The notes below the pieces were generated by a model. It saw only the letters and a program-made list of their open reading frames with translations. It made no database searches and was not told where the DNA came from. Below, piece by piece: positions 60,701 to 64,000 of a stretch of 64,000 bases of DNA (within the stretch, counting starts at the first letter, position 1; every line of letters begins with the position of its first letter). The DNA comes from a virus. The position numbers and the translations under genes are program-made. The stretch lies in IMG/VR virus record IMGVR_UViG_3300045988_056900. The stretch is one strand, 5' to 3'.

Positions 60701-62734
60701 AATAGCAAACTAAAAGTAGTTAGTTGGAGTTTCAGAAATATCAAAGCTAAAGGTTCATTGATTAATCTATTTGGTGGTAATTCAGTATTTGATAGTAGTA
60801 ATTTATTCTCTAGGCAAATAACTAAATTATTAGGATGTTTCTATATAACTTCTAATGATGGAGACAAGGTGTATTTCCCTATACACAATAGTATGTTTAG
60901 ATAGATTAAACTTACTTTACAATACATAGGTAATACAGAAGATACTAATCAGATTCCAGATTAGGCTGCTACATGTTTTCATGGTGCTGGTATAAACAGA
61001 GTATTTGTTAGAGAGTCTGATGAAACATATCCTTATGATGTGTTTAAAGGAGTTGTCAATCTAATTGCGTGCCCATGTTTCTTTGCTAACATAACTATTC
61101 CTAATTCCAATGGTGTAGTATATGAACTACCAGGAAACATTTTCTAGGACTGTTCAAATCTAGTACAGATAACAGGTTGTTTTAGAAATCAATCAGTAAA
61201 GTATAAGTTAACAGGTAAGGGATTTACTAATTGTAAACTTACAAATGTTGCGTATGCATTCTATGAAGATTCAAACAGTTATACAAAAGAAGGAGGAGTT
61301 CCATATGGTTTGTTTTATATGGAAAGAGATGTAGTAAGATCTTCTACTGGTTGGAGTCATGCAGATGCACTTAGACTAGGAATAACTGAAAACTTTGGTA
61401 TAACTGAAGAAGGAGAACATGATCCTGGTGCAGTACTTCCACAAACCATTGATTACAGTGAATCAATAAAAGCTGTTAGAAGTAGTATAACTGATATGCG
61501 GTATGTATTAGCAAATTTCTCTAGCCCTAATGCGGAAGGATACATCAGAAAGCAAGTAGAATTAAATACTGTTGAAGACGCAGGAGATTTGATAATAACT
61601 AATGAGAATTACAATGTTTCAGAATTCATAGTAAATGCTGCGTATGACCCGAGAGATCAAATACCTAATCCAGTGTATGATCCTAATAATCCTGGATCTA
61701 CTCCAGAATATATTGATAATCCCAATAAGGATATACATAGAGTAATAAAGAATCCAAACTATAGTCCTTACAAGAAAATATGGAATATTGATTACTATGA
61801 TGGAGTATATGGTCTAGGGGATCTGATATAGAACAGTACTTTGTATCAGAATATACAATCTGGTGTTATAACAGATATTGATCCTAATATACCATCAGAA
61901 TTCTTCAATGAAGACGATATGCGATATCCTCTTAGTCCTGCTGGATAGAATAGATTAGACAGTATGAACTATATAGTTCCATCAGATCTATTTAAATATT
62001 GCGTCAACAATACTAATACTAACATATCAAATGCTCTTACAAGTAGTGGTAGAAAAACTGATCATGAAGTACAAAGATATAATTATGGTATATATGGTAG
62101 AATACCAAATAGAATATTCAAAACTCTTACTAACATATCCAGTTTAACTAATGTGTTTGCGTATTGTTATTGCATTAATCCGTATACTTGGAATGATGAT
62201 AGTAATAATGGACAGATGTTTCCTTCTGATATGTTATCTAACAATACTGCATTAAAAAGCGTTTCAGGACTATTCCGTGGAATATATATACCTGCAAAAG
62301 TAGTTATACCTTCTACTTTACTTAGTAAGAACTTGGCTCTTACAGATATATCTTATTTATTCTATGATGCTACCTTCCAAGGCTCTGCTGATGATGTTCA
62401 ACAGTTAAGTGATACTACATTCTAGTATAATTATATATTACAGAATATATCATATGCATTAGCTAGTACCAATTCTACTGGAGGATGGATGGGACAAGGA
62501 CCGAAGAAGATAGGATCAAATCTGTTTACTCAATCTAAACATAAGAATCTTACGAAGATAACAGGTTTATTCTATGGAGATACTTCTACAACAGGTTCTG
62601 TGCCAGAATTCTGGACATGGCTAAATAATCTTACTAATACGAATAAACAAAATGTATTTGCTTACATGAGTAAGAGTCTTATTACTAATAGTGGTAGCAT
62701 ACCAGAACAATGGGCAACTAATATGAGGGATTAA
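54791..62734 (+). CDS. 2,647-aa multidomain tail protein (LamG-like, CotH-like, leucine-rich repeats), about 37 in-frame TAG codons
   Basis: Ten track ORFs share one frame (position mod 3 = 2). Every gap was translated by hand and contains TAG but no TAA or TGA. CotH-like KWYPCFYDMDTANG. LRR run NLSDLTSINIIGCAKLERIYAPNCNKLATFNVSNANALKSVTLSNCNN. Confidence 0.8.
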
Positions 62735-62735
62735 T

Positions 62736-62921
62736 ATGGATGTGAAGTTATTAACTGATAGAGAGTTATTAGAAGGCATATATACTATGTTGTAGTATGT
62801 ATTAGTCAAGGTAAACGAAATAGATAATGACGATAAACAATTTGGCATGAACTTAGCTGCTGACTTACTCGGCAGCATAGTTTATGACGCTCAACCTAGA
62901 ACTACAAGATATGCAAATTAA
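62736..62921 (+). CDS. 61-aa ORF with one in-frame TAG
   Basis: MDVKLLTDRELLEGIYTML[TAG]YVLVKVNEIDNDDKQFGMNLAADLLGSIVYDAQPRTTRYAN. Confidence 0.4.
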
Positions 62922-63147
62922 ATGGTTAAAAGAGAGTAATAGAATGAAGCACCTGAAGTACGCAATAGTACCAGGTGCTCTGTTCACCATACTATTCGTA
63001 GCTGGTCTAGCATCAGGTATGGAGTTTAAAGATAAAATGTATGGTGGTAAATGGGATTGGTTAGATTGGATAGCTACTATAATTGGTGGTATGATAGGTC
63101 AAGCAATTCAAGTAGGTATAATATTATTATTGAAGTTATGCATATAA
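62884..63147 (+). CDS. holin-like two-TM protein
   Basis: 87 aa. Hydrophobic helices YAIVPGALFTILFVAGLASGM and WIATIIGGMIGQAIQVGIILLL. Confidence 0.5.
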   Translation: MTLNLELQDMQIKWLKESNRMKHLKYAIVPGALFTILFVAGLASGMEFKDKMYGGKWDWLDWIATIIGGMIGQAIQVGIILLLKLCI

Positions 63148-63599
63148 TATCAGAAAGAATAGCGAAAAGAAGTACATATACTATAAGTAATATGTATATA
63201 GATGGCGTTAAGTTCTGCAATGTTCTTGAAGATACGGATAGGGGACTTACACAAGATATGTCGATAGAAGATATATAGAAAGCCAAAGTATATGGTAAGA
63301 CTGCTATACCTACTGGTACATATAAAGTTACTTTAGATATTGTATCTCTTAAGTTTAGTAAATATAAACAATACAAATTCTGTAATGGGAAATTACCTAG
63401 ACTGTTAGATGTATCTGGTTTCGACGGAATACTAATTCACATTGGTAATACAGAGGAGGATACAGACGGGTGCTTACTAGTAGGAAAAAATAATGTAGTT
63501 GGTAAAGTAACAGAAAGTACTGTGACGTTTAAAGCATTATATGATAAGATGCAAGGAGCAGTAGAGAATGGAGAAGAGATTACTATTACTATTAAGTAA
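63138..63599 (+). CDS. DUF5675-like protein (possible cell-wall-active lysis protein), one in-frame TAG
   Basis: MYIDGVKFCNVLEDT...GKTAIPTGTYKV...GFDGILIHIGNTEEDTDGCLLVG matches my memory of the DUF5675 consensus. Confidence 0.6.
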
Positions 63600-63616
63600 T
63601 ACAGAGGAGGATACAG

Positions 63617-64000
63617 ATGAAAACAATTTTATATAATCCTATATTCATTAATCCTTAGGCATACTATGTATTTCCAAGGCTAACTAGGTATCTGCAACCA
63701 GACAATGAGTCTACTGCGGAACCAGCTAACTATATAGGTACAATTGAAGTAAAGGTAATAGCATATGGAGATACTACTTTAAAAAGAACCTATACTAATA
63801 CAGATTCTATAGACCTAAGTGAATTTAAGAATACGTGGATACGTATTAGTCTATTCACTAAAGTAGGTTCATGTGTCTTAGGAGAGTGGAAGATTGGTAA
63901 TATGGAATCAGATCTTCCTTATATAGATCCAGAAGTATTAGCCTCTCTTAAAGCTGTAGTTATAGTTGGCAATAAGACTAATAATGATTCTGATAGAGCT
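63617..64000 (+). CDS. hypothetical protein, 3' end beyond the window, one in-frame TAG
   Basis: MKTILYNPIFINP[TAG]AYYVFPRLTRYLQPDNE..., open to the window end. Confidence 0.5.

Noticed and set aside
1-64000. CRISPR arrays, rRNA genes, transposases, integrases or lysogeny modules.
   Set aside because: I saw no repeat-spacer architecture, no rRNA-like sequence and no recombinase-like ORF. The only repeats are the short regulatory-type motifs listed as features.

Overview
AT-rich dsDNA phage fragment whose gene content and order match a crAss-like (Crassvirales) virus. All calls were made by eye from the ORF track and sequence, so domain names are motif-level recognitions and RNA coordinates are approximate.

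Left arm (1-26.9 kb, all genes on the minus strand): replication and early/middle genes. These are an AAA+ ATPase, a DUF1064-like nuclease, a TOPRIM primase, an SSB-like protein, an AAA_24/Sak4-like ATPase, a DnaB-like helicase, a family-B DNA polymerase, an ECF-type sigma factor, a bL12-CTD-like protein and many small orphan genes. Five ORF-free blocks interrupt this arm (2.15, 1.2, 0.85, 0.48 and 0.27 kb; about 4.9 kb, roughly 18 percent of the arm).

Right arm (27.1-64 kb, plus strand): small middle genes, then a tRNA-like element and an amber-suppressor tRNA(CUA). These are followed by TerL, an HNH homing endonuclease, portal, a scaffold-like protein, the major capsid protein, head/neck proteins, a collagen-like fibre, 1,126-aa and 2,647-aa tail proteins, and a lysis cassette. 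The right arm gives continuous genes only if TAG is a sense codon (roughly 130 in-frame TAGs by hand count). Positions in conserved motifs point to Gln. This recoding is known for crAss-like phages.

Less expected leads:
1. Four consecutive minus-strand genes end in the ssrA-type C-terminus LAA.
2. The 1.2-kb ORF-free block carries what looks like a circularly permuted (two-piece) tmRNA-like gene. It has a G3:U70 acceptor stem and a tag frame GNTSYVMDYTRLAA-stop.
3. Three compact tRNA-like modules lacking an anticodon arm punctuate the early operons.
4. A 2.15-kb ORF-free block lies inside a co-directional operon.
5. A replication-module nuclease needs TAG read-through at codon 4.

Together with the bL12-like protein, these suggest a phage toolkit acting on translation and proteolysis. 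That reading is a hypothesis, not a demonstrated system.
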